Origin: a virus
Virus record (IMG/VR): IMGVR_UViG_3300036800_000175
Span: 32,001-96,000 of that record
DNA: 64,000 bases
Direction: 5' to 3' (one strand)
Numbering within the stretch: the stretch's first letter is position 1; every line of letters begins with the position of its first letter. The translations under genes were made by a program, and so were the position numbers. Below are positions 17,300-26,643 of this stretch, piece after piece. The notes beneath the pieces are model-generated. The model did no database searches, was not told where the DNA came from, and was given only the letters and a program-made list of their open reading frames with translations.

Positions 17300-17797
17300 T
17301 CAGCCGACCGTGGCCACGGCCGCCGCGAGCGTGGCGAGCGTGGCGCAGGTGCTCTTGACGTAGCCGGCGTCCCGGTACGCCTCGCCGCCCATCCGGATCG
17401 GCTCCCAGCCGTACTCGGCTGCGTCGTGGGCATCCTGGCCGGGCATGACGTCCCAGGTGCCGGCGCAATGGAATCCCAGCCACCACACCCGGTCGGGCTC
17501 GCCCGGGCCGGGGACGTGGCAGATGGTGCGGTCCTCCGGGCCCGGCTCGCACAACCCGGAATAGGTCAGTTCCCGGTCGCCGGCCCACAGGGGAATTGAG
17601 TCGCAGGGCGCCTCAAACCAGGGGTGGCCTTCGGGGACGCCGACGTAGCCGCACAGCGCACCGGACCGGGGGTTGCGTTTCAGCAGGCACGGCAGGCCGG
17701 TGGACTCATCGGCCCACTGTTCCTTGTCGGGCTCACCCATCCACGGGCCGGGTGCCCAGCTGGTTTTGTCGATCGTGGTCCACGTCCGGTTATCCAC
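17300..17797 (-). CDS. Conserved phage hypothetical protein
   Basis: GALCGYVGVPxGHP..LTY..WWLGFxCA motif recurrent in phages. Confidence 0.7.
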   Translation of the reverse strand: MDNRTWTTIDKTSWAPGPWMGEPDKEQWADESTGLPCLLKRNPRSGALCGYVGVPEGHPWFEAPCDSIPLWAGDRELTYSGLCEPGPEDRTICHVPGPGEPDRVWWLGFHCAGTWDVMPGQDAHDAAEYGWEPIRMGGEAYRDAGYVKSTCATLATLAAAVATVG

Positions 17798-17934
17798 CGC
17801 CGGAGCCTCCCCCCGTCTGCGGCGTCTGGCGGAGCCTGCCTACGGGAAAGTCAGCGATGAAGTTACCCGCAGGCAGGTCCGGTTAACTCAATGTAGCGGG
17901 AGGGTGGGGGGCGTGCCCAGCGGAAACGCCAACG

Positions 17935-18162
17935 TCAGCGACGGCGGGCGCGGCGGCGGCGATCCGTCTCAGCGTGCGCGGCCAGCAGGCCGTACACGGC
18001 CAGGAAGACGATCAGCGCGGCCAGGACGGTGATGAGGACGCCCAGCCACAGGGCGGCGATCCACGCCCAGGTGACGCCACCGGCGGCGAAGATGATCAGG
18101 TACAGCCAGCCCGCGCCGGCGACGCGGCGGCGGCGGCGGATGCATGCTCTCACAGCCCCCAC
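17935..18162 (-). CDS. Small membrane protein
   Basis: Two TM segments; -10-like TATAGT just upstream of GTG 18153. Confidence 0.55.
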   Translation of the reverse strand: MGAVRACIRRRRRVAGAGWLYLIIFAAGGVTWAWIAALWLGVLITVLAALIVFLAVYGLLAAHAETDRRRRARRR

Positions 18163-18390
18163 TATACCCGGTCAAGTTGACCACGTCTAAAACGGCCAAC
18201 ACGGCAACCGGGCGGGCGGACATATCCGAAAATACAGGAGGGGCCAGGGCGGCGGATGCGCATATCCGTCTTCGCCCGCCCTGGCCCCGCCTGCCCCCCC
18301 CGATCAGGACGCACCACCCCGTGCCCGGGTAATGCGACGCCCAGCGTACGGCAAACGATTACATCCCGCGCCCCTGAGATTACGGATCCT

Positions 18391-19011
18391 TTAACGTGAC
18401 GGCCTGCCGCGCACCCCGGCCGTATCGCGGCGGCCACCACCGCCGAACCCGGCGGGCAGCGGCGCGCTGCGGGACACCACCGCCCGGAACATCGTCATCA
18501 GGGCATCCGGGACGTCACCTTCCAGGCCTTCGACGCGCTGCGTGTCGATCCTGTCCTGGCCGCGGGTCTGGAACGCGGTGAACATGCCCATGCGGGTCAT
18601 CGCCCACACGGTCCGCTGCTCAACCCGGCCCGGGTGAGCGTACAACCTGCGGCGGTGGGCGGCGCGCTGCGCCCGCCGGACCGCGGCCTCATCGCTGACC
18701 GGGGTGGCGACCGTCCATGTTTCGCAGCGGAACACCACGCCGTGGAACGATTCCGGGGCGAGGGCGACCAGCGCCTCACGGTACGGCGGTTCAGTCATGT
18801 TCCGGGCCAGGCCGGCCAGCACCTGCGCCGGCGGCCCTGACGCCCACACGCACTCCGGGACCAGCGACCGCCCGGAAATCCGGATCCGGCTGCCGTCGTC
18901 GTTGTACATGAAATGCAGGGCGGGTGGCTCATCCCACGCGCGGCGGGCCCGCAGCAGGTCCGCGAGCGCCATGCTGGTCAGGTCGGCCAGCGCCTGGCGG
19001 GACAGTTCCAT
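18391..19011 (-). CDS. Hypothetical protein
   Basis: ORF in operon; weakly resembles 23879-24415 (WDxP..HP/RPDxVE). Confidence 0.55.
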   Translation of the reverse strand: MELSRQALADLTSMALADLLRARRAWDEPPALHFMYNDDGSRIRISGRSLVPECVWASGPPAQVLAGLARNMTEPPYREALVALAPESFHGVVFRCETWTVATPVSDEAAVRRAQRAAHRRRLYAHPGRVEQRTVWAMTRMGMFTAFQTRGQDRIDTQRVEGLEGDVPDALMTMFRAVVSRSAPLPAGFGGGGRRDTAGVRGRPSR

Positions 19012-19012
19012 G

Positions 19013-19276
19013 TCAGCCGATGCTCCCCGTGCACGGCTGGGCGGCGAGCTGCTCACTGTAGGCCTGCTCACATTTGAAACAGCCGGTCCCGCCGAAACCG
19101 ATCATGTTTTCCACGTCCAGCAGCATCGACGTGTCGTCCCGGGTGCGCGGGTCGGGGATCCGCCACACGGCGGTCACGCACCACAGATGCTCAGCAGGCC
19201 CGTCCGCGACGGCCAGCCGGGCCAGCAGCGTGCCCCCGTCGGGCGGGTTGTAGGTGCTGTCCAGCCCCCTGATCAT
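19013..19276 (-). CDS. Hypothetical protein with CxxC
   Basis: ATGA-coupled; GCFKCEQ. Confidence 0.55.
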   Translation of the reverse strand: MIRGLDSTYNPPDGGTLLARLAVADGPAEHLWCVTAVWRIPDPRTRDDTSMLLDVENMIGFGGTGCFKCEQAYSEQLAAQPCTGSIG

Positions 19277-19592
19277 GTGGCGTCGTCCCACGCCTGCATG
19301 GCGTCTTTCAGGCTGTCCGCGATGCGCCGGCCGCCGCTCGAGCGGAGCCGCAACGCGAACACCGGGCACAGTTGCGCGGCGAGATCCTTCCCCGCGTACG
19401 TCATCGCGGTCACCAGCGTCGCGACCGGCATGGCGTCGTCTGAGCGCTGGATCCCGAACGCCGGCACGCTGGACTCGCGGAGCCGGGCGGGGACACGCAC
19501 ATCCGGTCCCAAGGGCAGGTCGTGCAGAGCATGGCCGGGTCGGAGCCTTCGGCCAGTGCCTTCGACGCCGCCTCATAGTTACCCACACACAC
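19273..19592 (-). pseudogene. Probable frameshifted gene (N-half MCVGNYE..CTTCPWDRMC in one frame, C-half ..CPVFALRLRSSGG in another)
   Basis: Two overlapping ORFs (19410-19592, 19273-19512), each protein-like over only half its length. Confidence 0.45.
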
Positions 19593-19614
19593 CCCCAGTT
19601 ACGTTAAGCGAGGG

Positions 19615-19893
19615 CTATGTTACCGCGCGTCCCTCCCCGGCCGCGGGATCTCCGGTCAGCGACTTGAGCAGCACCCGGAACCCGTCGCTCTTGGCCTGGC
19701 ACGCCAGATGCCAGCCGCAGCGGCCCCGGGTCGCAGCCCGGCACGCGTCGCAGGTCAGGGCTTCCTGCGTGGTGTCCCACGTTGCGATGGATTCCTCAAG
19801 GGATTCCAGGACCTGCGGGAGGGCGTCCCCGGCGACGATGATCGGCACGTTGCGGCCGCGGACGATGACCGTCTGCTCGATGACTGCGGTCAC
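19615..19893 (-). CDS. Hypothetical protein with CxxC..CxxH
   Basis: GGGAG RBS. Confidence 0.5.
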   Translation of the reverse strand: MTAVIEQTVIVRGRNVPIIVAGDALPQVLESLEESIATWDTTQEALTCDACRAATRGRCGWHLACQAKSDGFRVLLKSLTGDPAAGEGRAVT

Positions 19894-20258
19894 GGCGTTT
19901 CTCCCTACGGCGGGGGGGACTGCGTTTCCAACGATGCCGTAAATGGGCGAAACCGGCCAGCGACACGCTCTGAACAGGGACGGTGCCGGCGTGTCATGCA
20001 GGTATCCGCAGGCACCTTAGGCTAGGCGACACGCCGCAACGGCGGACACACTGCACGCAACGGTGCCGGCGATGGCAGGATGACCGGTCAAACCCGGCTG
20101 CCAACCTGGCGAACGAACACCGGAGGTTACCCAGGAAAAAAACAAGGCCCGCACGAGGCGGGCCCACACACAACTCCACACAGATCCGGGATCCAGCTAG
20201 CTAGTTAGCTTGGCGGCGACGACCTAGCAGGAACCCATCCGAGCAACCGAGGGCTACT

Positions 20259-21179
20259 ATACGCGAAGCCGACTCGGCTGGTAGCCCTGCGCCCGATTTT
20301 CAGCGTGTCGGTTCCCGGCCGGGCACCCCTGTTCCTGCAACCTCCCAGGCCAGATGGCTGCGCCTGGCGGAGGCCTTCGCCGGCGACGCCCGCGCCGAGC
20401 TCCGCGCCGACGCAGCCGCGAACCTGCTGCGCGTCGCCCGGGCGGTCGGGTGGGCCGCCGACTGGCAGACCCTCCGGACCCGGCCGACGCTCGCCGCGCT
20501 GACCGGACGCACGGGGCTCGCCCGGCGCACCGTGCAACGGTGGCTCCGCGTCCTCGAGGACGCCGGGCTGCTCGAGGTCCTCGAACCCGGCACCACTCCC
20601 CGATTCCGGCCCGCGATCCTGCACCGCGGCGAACCAAACCTCGCGCGGGAGTGGGTTCTCACCGACCCGGATGCTGAGCCTGTGGACGGATCTGGCACCC
20701 CCTCGGGTCCTGTTACCTGTAACAGGACCCAGGGAATCGCCCCTACGCAGGCGCGCGAGGCCGGGGACACTGCGAAACCCGGAAAATCGCGCCAGCGGCG
20801 CGGGTGGCTGACGATCTGCCAGACGCTGCGGGCTCAGAATCCGAACCTGCGGCGCATCCCCGTGCTGCTGCTGCGGCACATCCTGCGGCCGTGGCTCACC
20901 GCCGGGTACACCGCGGGCGATGTGGTGCACGCCCTGGACTGGCGGGCCGACGGCGGCGAGCATTTCTGCACCGACCGGGTCCGGTTCCCGGCCGGGTGGC
21001 TCCGGTCCCGGATGGCCTGCTGGGCTGGCCCCGACGGGGCACCGCTCCCCCCGTGGTCGGCTGTGCTGGCCAGCCGGCACGCCACTGAGCGGGCGCAGGT
21101 GTACCGGGCTCCGGCCGGGCGTGGCAGCGAGCCTCCGGCCGCCTGGCACGCCGCCCGTGCAGCCATGGGTGCCCGGTGA
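20259..21179 (+). CDS. Plasmid-type replication initiator (wHTH Rep), start codon uncertain
   Basis: Frame open from 20205; SQARWLRLA..ADWQTLRTRPTLAAL..TGLARRTVQRWLRVLEDAGLL HTH; AGYTAGDVVHALD..VRFPAGWLRSR..W C-terminal motif of actinobacterial plasmid Reps. Confidence 0.65.
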   Translation: MREADSAGSPAPDFQRVGSRPGTPVPATSQARWLRLAEAFAGDARAELRADAAANLLRVARAVGWAADWQTLRTRPTLAALTGRTGLARRTVQRWLRVLEDAGLLEVLEPGTTPRFRPAILHRGEPNLAREWVLTDPDAEPVDGSGTPSGPVTCNRTQGIAPTQAREAGDTAKPGKSRQRRGWLTICQTLRAQNPNLRRIPVLLLRHILRPWLTAGYTAGDVVHALDWRADGGEHFCTDRVRFPAGWLRSRMACWAGPDGAPLPPWSAVLASRHATERAQVYRAPAGRGSEPPAAWHAARAAMGAR

Positions 21180-21334
21180 CCCGCCCGGCCAGGCCCGGAA
21201 GGGAGCGTGCCCGGGCGGGCGCGCGGGCACGCGCCCGCGCGTATACATCCCCGCGCACCCAGGCGCAAGGGCGCGGGGCATGTCGCGGACGGGCCCCCGC
21301 ACGCACAGGAATGCGGGGGCCCGTGCTGGCGCGC

Positions 21335-21760
21335 TCATCCCCCAGCGGGATCGCGCGGCGGGACGTCCACGTCCGCGTCAGCGGCCGCGGCCGTCAGCAG
21401 GCGCTCACCTGCGCCCGCTGCCCGTGCGTCCGCGCATAGGCGCACCCATTCGGCGGTGGCCGCTTCCGCGCGGTCCCGTGCGGCGGCGGCGGCCCGCGCT
21501 GTCGTGCCGAGCTCCCGGCGCCAGCGCCGCTCTAGGCGCTCATCCATGCGGGCGGGGGCCGGTGGGGGAGTGGGCGCGGGAACGGCCGCGAGCGGCGGCG
21601 CTGTAGCGGCTGCGGGCGCTGCGGGCTGATCTGGTGCGGTAGCAGGGGGGTGGCTGCCCGGCGCGGCAGGGGCCGCCTCAGCGCCGTCGCCCAGCTTGGC
21701 GGTGCCGATCTTCCCGAACGCTGCCTCTGCGGCCGCACCGGCGCGCTGGCGGGCCATCAC
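21335..21760 (-). CDS. Putative ParA partner (centromere-binding/ParG-like)
   Basis: Coupled downstream of parA; disordered N-terminus plus helical C-terminus. Confidence 0.5.
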   Translation of the reverse strand: MMARQRAGAAAEAAFGKIGTAKLGDGAEAAPAAPGSHPPATAPDQPAAPAAATAPPLAAVPAPTPPPAPARMDERLERRWRRELGTTARAAAAARDRAEAATAEWVRLCADARAAGAGERLLTAAAADADVDVPPRDPAGG

Positions 21761-22365
21761 GCGGCCGCCGCGTCGCTGGCCAGTTCCTCGAGCACGCCTG
21801 CGTACTCGCCCAGGTCGGCGGGCACCGTGCCGTAACCGAGGGGGTACCGCTCGAGGTTGTGCACCTCAGCGGCCATGACCTTGAGGTTGTGGTCGGTCAG
21901 CCACGCGCGGGCTAGCCGGCTGCTGCGGGTGCCGGCGCGGATCTTGACCAGCAGCACCTGGGGGTACACCGGGGACACGGCGTCGATCTCGGCGGCCAGG
22001 GCGAACGTGTCGGGCAGCTGCTCAAGTTCCATGGGGCTCGGGGCGACCGGGATGAGCAGCTCGTCGGTGATCATCAGTGCTTTGCGCAGCAACAGGTCGT
22101 CGTGGGGGCTGGTGTCGATGAGGATGTCATCGAAGTCGCCGGCGATGGCCTGGATGCTGCGGACCAGGTCGTCCCCGAACGCGAGCACGGTGACTGACCC
22201 GGGCCAGTCTGGGGCCAGGGCTTTCCATTTCAGGCAGGTTTTGTTGGTGGTGTCCTCATCCACGATGAGGACCCTCCGCCCTTGCCGGGCGAGGGCGAGC
22301 GCGAGGTACACGGTGGTCGTGGATTTCGCCACGCCACCTTTCAGATTGCCTATGGTTGCCTTCAT
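21757..22365 (-). CDS. parA: ParA partition ATPase (short type Ib)
   Basis: NLKGGVAKSTT deviant Walker A, RVLIVD, ILIDTSP, LLIPVAPS; true start MKAT at 22365, leaderless behind TACTTT. Confidence 0.9.
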   Translation of the reverse strand: MKATIGNLKGGVAKSTTTVYLALALARQGRRVLIVDEDTTNKTCLKWKALAPDWPGSVTVLAFGDDLVRSIQAIAGDFDDILIDTSPHDDLLLRKALMITDELLIPVAPSPMELEQLPDTFALAAEIDAVSPVYPQVLLVKIRAGTRSSRLARAWLTDHNLKVMAAEVHNLERYPLGYGTVPADLGEYAGVLEELASDAAAA

Positions 22366-22458
22366 GTGGGGTAAAGTACCGCGCCCAATCCTGCGGAGCG
22401 CGGACACGCCGGGCGACACACACGAAAAACGACCTAGCCCCATCGTAGAGTTCTGACT

Positions 22459-22764
22459 ATGGCCCCCCAGGCGCGCATGACGCTGCCGACCGCGCTGGTG
22501 CTCGCCCGGCTCGCGACGGCCGCGCCCGGCGAGCTGTACGGGCGGCAGATCATGACCATGACCGGGCTCCGCGGCGGCACCATTTACCCGCTGCTGGCCC
22601 GCCTCGAAAGCAGGGGCCTGGTCGAATCGCGGCGCGAGACAATCAACCCGGCGAGGGAAGGGCGGCCGCCGCGCCTGTTCTACCGGCTCACCGACGCCGG
22701 GAAGGCTGAGGCGCAGGCCCACGCCACCCGGTACAGCGCCACCTTCACCCCTGGGGAGGGATGA
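22459..22764 (+). CDS. PadR-family transcriptional regulator
   Basis: LYGxQI..GTIYPLLARLE..GRPPRxFYRLT. Confidence 0.9.
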   Translation: MAPQARMTLPTALVLARLATAAPGELYGRQIMTMTGLRGGTIYPLLARLESRGLVESRRETINPAREGRPPRLFYRLTDAGKAEAQAHATRYSATFTPGEG

Positions 22765-22767
22765 GTC

Positions 22768-23244
22768 TTGGATGCAGCAGCGATCGGTGAGGCAGCCGAC
22801 CAGGCGTTCCGGGCCGCGTTCAACGGCGACCGGGAAACAGTCGCGGACCGGCTGGGCGACATTGCGGAGCGCTGGGGACCGCCCGGGATCCACGCCGCGG
22901 TCATGGGCTGGTCCGCGATCACCCTCAAAGCCATGACCGGCGACGGGTTCAATGACCGGGCCGAGTTCTACGCCCTTGAGGTGACCGAGAACGCCACAGG
23001 CAAGACGACCAGCGTCGACCAGATGTACTCCGGGCCCGAACAGCAGGCGATCCAGATGGTCACCCTGTACGGCAACCGCGACGACGCCACCTCGATCGCG
23101 ATGATCAAAACGGCATGCGCGGGCCCGGACTATGGCGCGGGCCTGATGGTCGCATCGGTCACCCTCGCTGCGGAATCTGCCCGCAGCCACCTTGAGCAGC
23201 ACGCCGCGACCTGCCGCGGATGCAATAAGGATCACCCCGCATGA
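22768..23244 (+). CDS. Hypothetical protein
   Basis: ORF in operon. Confidence 0.55.
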   Translation: MDAAAIGEAADQAFRAAFNGDRETVADRLGDIAERWGPPGIHAAVMGWSAITLKAMTGDGFNDRAEFYALEVTENATGKTTSVDQMYSGPEQQAIQMVTLYGNRDDATSIAMIKTACAGPDYGAGLMVASVTLAAESARSHLEQHAATCRGCNKDHPA

Positions 23245-23492
23245 CTGACCGCGATCCGGTTCCGTACCAGGTGACCCGCGTGTGGACGGTCCTGGCCACC
23301 GACGGGCAAGACGCGTTGGACAAGGCCCGGCCGGGGGAGCATCACGACGTGGTCGTCCGACCGATGCCATGCGGTGACTGGCCGTTGCCGTGCACCCACA
23401 ACCCGCAGCACGTCCGCCCCGCCGGTGAGCGCGAGGCGCGGCGCGAGCAAATCCGGCGGGACTTCGCCCCACCGCGCGAGTCTCCGTCATGA
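23241..23492 (+). CDS. Hypothetical protein
   Basis: ATGA coupling. Confidence 0.5.
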   Translation: MTDRDPVPYQVTRVWTVLATDGQDALDKARPGEHHDVVVRPMPCGDWPLPCTHNPQHVRPAGEREARREQIRRDFAPPRESPS

Positions 23493-23656
23493 TCCACGTC
23501 ACCTACGACGGCGACACCTACTGGCTGCAATGCTTCGCGGACGACCCGGACGCTGAGCACGGCGAGATCATTCACCCGATAGACGCGGGTGACAGCTGGG
23601 ATGAGATGGCGGCGAAGGTGGCCGGGCACCGGGCCGAGCACGGGTGCCAATTGTGA
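23489..23656 (+). CDS. Small hypothetical protein (55 aa, absent from ORF track)
   Basis: MIHVTYDGDTYWLQC..HGCQL; coupled at both ends. Confidence 0.5.
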   Translation: MIHVTYDGDTYWLQCFADDPDAEHGEIIHPIDAGDSWDEMAAKVAGHRAEHGCQL

Positions 23657-23898
23657 CGGCCGGCACCGGCTGGGCGGATCTGTGCCCGGCGACCCGCGGC
23701 ACCGGCCCCTGCATCTGCGCGCCGGGGCCGCCGCTGACCCACTACTGGCACTGCTGGCGTAACCCCGGCCATCACGCGTGCGCCGTGGCACTGATCGAAC
23801 GGCAGGCCGCTGAGAATCAGCAACTGACCGGCCAGGTGGCCGCGCTTGAGCGCGCGGCCCGCGACGACAAGGAGACTCATGCTGACGCCGCCGAATGA
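23653..23898 (+). CDS. Hypothetical Cys/His protein
   Basis: THYWHCW..HHACAVALIE. Confidence 0.5.
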   Translation: MTAGTGWADLCPATRGTGPCICAPGPPLTHYWHCWRNPGHHACAVALIERQAAENQQLTGQVAALERAARDDKETHADAAE

Positions 23899-24415
23899 GG
23901 TGCTCGCCCGCGAGACACGCCGCCTGGTCACGGACATGCACGTTGAGTGGGACGCCCCGCACCAGTTCGTCACCCTCCACTGGGACGGGAACAAGATCAG
24001 TTACGGCGTGGTGGCGTGCATCATGACCGACATCCACCCCACCCAGTACCCGCAGCTCATGGCCGGTTTCGTACGTGAGCAGTCCCGCCGCCGCGACCTG
24101 CCGCCGATGTGCGCCTGCGCCGTCCAGGTCGAATCCCACGGCGTCACAGAGCCCGGCCCGGACGCCAGCGTCGCTGAGCGTCTCGCGTATGACCGTGACC
24201 GGGTCGGCCGGACGTTTCACCAGCGACCCGACGCCATCGAATCAGCCGACGCCTGGTGCGCCGACTCATACGGGTTCCTGTGGGCCGCCGCCAAACGCCG
24301 CGACGATCCGCGCACCATCGTTGAACGGTTCTACAAACCCGGCACTGCGCCAGGTGGCCATCTGATCGCCGCGGTGCTCGCGGCTGCCCGCCTGCCCGTC
24401 GTGGCAGGCAACTAA
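23879..24415 (+). CDS. Hypothetical protein
   Basis: AAGGAG RBS. Confidence 0.6.
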   Translation: MLTPPNEVLARETRRLVTDMHVEWDAPHQFVTLHWDGNKISYGVVACIMTDIHPTQYPQLMAGFVREQSRRRDLPPMCACAVQVESHGVTEPGPDASVAERLAYDRDRVGRTFHQRPDAIESADAWCADSYGFLWAAAKRRDDPRTIVERFYKPGTAPGGHLIAAVLAAARLPVVAGN

Positions 24416-24653
24416 CCCCCCCACGGAAGGAAGGACCCCCGATGCTCCGTGTCGTGTCCGCAGTCTTCGTTGCAGGCTTCATGATCGCCGCGATTGTGTG
24501 CGTGATCGCGGGCCGCTGGCCGGAGGGCTTCCTGTTCGCGGCGGTGGGGCTACTCCCGGCAGCCCTGTTCGTTGTCCAGACGCGTCAATGACCGCCCGCC
24601 TGCCCGTCGTGGCAGGCAACTAACCCCCCCACGGAAGGAAGGACCCCCGATGC
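24386..24653 (+). repeat. Perfect 60-bp direct repeat (24386-24445 and 24594-24653)
   Basis: gcccgcctgcccgtcgtggcaggcaactaacccccccacggaaggaaggacccccgatgc twice. Confidence 0.9.
24442..24591 (+). CDS. Small 2-TM membrane protein (49 aa) between the direct repeats
   Basis: MLRVVSAVFVAGFMIAAIVCVIAGRWPEGFLFAAVGLLPAALFVVQTRQ; AAGGA RBS from the repeat. Confidence 0.65.
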   Translation: MLRVVSAVFVAGFMIAAIVCVIAGRWPEGFLFAAVGLLPAALFVVQTRQ

Positions 24654-25144
24654 CCCGGTTCCGAAGGACCGCCCCGATGGCCCAGTTCCGCCGCCGCCCG
24701 GTTCCCCCAGCCCGGCTAGGCCCCCCGGTGCTGTACGCGGTGCCGATCGACCAGTCTGAGGCGCACCTATTAGTGATCGCGCTACGCACCCACGACCGGA
24801 TGCAGCGCGAACTGTACTGGACACCCGGCAGCGGTCCCTCACACTCCGCCGGGATGGCGGACCGGATCCTGAAAACTGCGGGGACAGCGGCCTGCTACGG
24901 CCAGCAGGCCATCCCGCTCGAGGTGGCCGACCTCGACTCGCTCCGGTACACGCTGGCCTACTTGCAGGAACAGCAGCCGACCCAGCCGACCCACGCGCTG
25001 GCGCAGCTGCTGAACATGCTGCACGCCCGGTCCGGCATGGCCAGACTCCGCCAGTGGCGGGTCACCTGGTCCGATGAGGCCGGGACCATGTGGTGGGAAG
25101 GCACCCCGCCGCAGCCCGCGCCAGCAGATGGGATCAGCGGATGA
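24650..25144 (+). CDS. Hypothetical protein
   Basis: RBS from second repeat copy. Confidence 0.6.
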   Translation: MPRFRRTAPMAQFRRRPVPPARLGPPVLYAVPIDQSEAHLLVIALRTHDRMQRELYWTPGSGPSHSAGMADRILKTAGTAACYGQQAIPLEVADLDSLRYTLAYLQEQQPTQPTHALAQLLNMLHARSGMARLRQWRVTWSDEAGTMWWEGTPPQPAPADGISG

Positions 25145-25890
25145 CCCAGACCACATGGCCGTACAGGGTCGTGGATGCCGACAATCAGGGCTGGTACCTC
25201 ACCCACGACGCCGGCCCGGGCCGGCGCGAAATCTACAGCGCCGGGTACCGGCGCCAGGACCTGCCCGCCCGGAGCGGGGATGAGCTCGCCGCGACCCGCG
25301 GGCCGCTCCGCCCGGTCCTGCCGATCACCGATGAGGATGAGCAGCGGATGCGGGAACTGTTCGCTGAGGCTGGCCGTAAGGCGGTCGCGACGCTCGCGGC
25401 CGCGCTGGACACCGTGTTTGAGCAGCTCCGCGACTCCCGCGGTGGCCTGGGTCACGCCGGCGACTCCTACGCGTACGCGATGCGGACGATGAAAGCCGGG
25501 CGGGAAGGATCCTGGGAAGCTGAGGCGCTGGACAACGTCATCTACTTCGGCAACGAACTGAACCTCACCCCGGCCAGCGGCAAACGCGGGCGTGGTTTCC
25601 GGGACGCTGCCACCCTCCGCGCGGCCGGCCCGTCGAAACGCGTCAACATGGCCGTCCACCATGAGTTGACCGCGATGCTGACCCGGTGGGTCACCGGCCC
25701 GGACAGGTACACCGAAGTCGCGGAAACCCTCGCCGCGGTGGTGTCCAGCTACGCCGACGACGCACCGGCTGGCTGGTACGACGTGGCGGATCAGTGGCTG
25801 CAACCCGGCGGGCTGGCCCGTGACTCGTTCGTCAACTGCTACCGGCTGCTGTACTCCCGCAGCCCGCTCCTGGACACGAGCCTGCTATGA
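25141..25890 (+). CDS. Hypothetical protein
   Basis: ATGA coupling; GPLRPV motif. Confidence 0.6.
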   Translation: MTQTTWPYRVVDADNQGWYLTHDAGPGRREIYSAGYRRQDLPARSGDELAATRGPLRPVLPITDEDEQRMRELFAEAGRKAVATLAAALDTVFEQLRDSRGGLGHAGDSYAYAMRTMKAGREGSWEAEALDNVIYFGNELNLTPASGKRGRGFRDAATLRAAGPSKRVNMAVHHELTAMLTRWVTGPDRYTEVAETLAAVVSSYADDAPAGWYDVADQWLQPGGLARDSFVNCYRLLYSRSPLLDTSLL

Positions 25891-26147
25891 GCGGCTGGGA
25901 TTGTGAGGCCTACGGCCCGGAAATCGCCCACACCGGCGCCGTGTGTTTCATCGCCGGGGAGCTCGGCAAGCGGGTCTGCGCCAGCCAGGACGCGTGCCAC
26001 GAGGTGATAACTGCTGAACGGCAGCGCGTTTACAGCCGGATCAGCGAGCTGGCCGCCCACGGCGACCCGGTGATGGAAGACGTGGCGGGCGCCATTGGCA
26101 GCCCCGGCCAGATTCTCGGTGGCGGGGACGATGGGGATGAGCGGTGA
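25887..26147 (+). CDS. Hypothetical protein
   Basis: ATGA coupling. Confidence 0.5.
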   Translation: MSGWDCEAYGPEIAHTGAVCFIAGELGKRVCASQDACHEVITAERQRVYSRISELAAHGDPVMEDVAGAIGSPGQILGGGDDGDER

Positions 26148-26530
26148 TGGCCAGATTCAAGCGGCTCACCGACGCGGAAGCACGCACGCTTACCCGGTCC
26201 GAGATTCTGGACCGCGTCGAAGCTGAACAGCAGTATTGGATCCGCAAGCACAGGCGCGGCATGACCGAAGAGGACGTGACGGCCGAGCGGGAGTTCAACC
26301 GGATCATGTACGCCTACCTGGATCCGATGGCGGGACTAGATGCGCTCCGGGACACGCTGGAAGGCCGCCGGTCGGACTACTGGGAGTCGAGACCGGGGGA
26401 GGAATCAGCGCCGCCACGCGGCGATATCACCCTCGAAGGCGGCCTCGTCATGGATGAGGGACAGCAGGCCGCCCTGCGTTACGGGTTGCGTGAAGCGGCG
26501 AAGATGGACGCCCGGGAGCGGGACTCCTGA
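26144..26530 (+). CDS. Hypothetical protein
   Basis: Coupled ORF. Confidence 0.55.
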   Translation: MMARFKRLTDAEARTLTRSEILDRVEAEQQYWIRKHRRGMTEEDVTAEREFNRIMYAYLDPMAGLDALRDTLEGRRSDYWESRPGEESAPPRGDITLEGGLVMDEGQQAALRYGLREAAKMDARERDS

Positions 26531-26643
26531 TGGCATACAGCGTCGTGGTAGCCGACCTGATGCGCCGCGCCGGCCGGGCCCTTGACGCCGCGATACGCGC
26601 TGCAAGCTGAGGCGGCGCGCTATGAGGCGTATCTGAGGCAGTC

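Noticed and set aside
21757-23502. 581-aa minus-strand ORF as one protein
   Set aside because: Only the last 202 aa are ParA; the upstream part is antisense shadow of padR and the next genes
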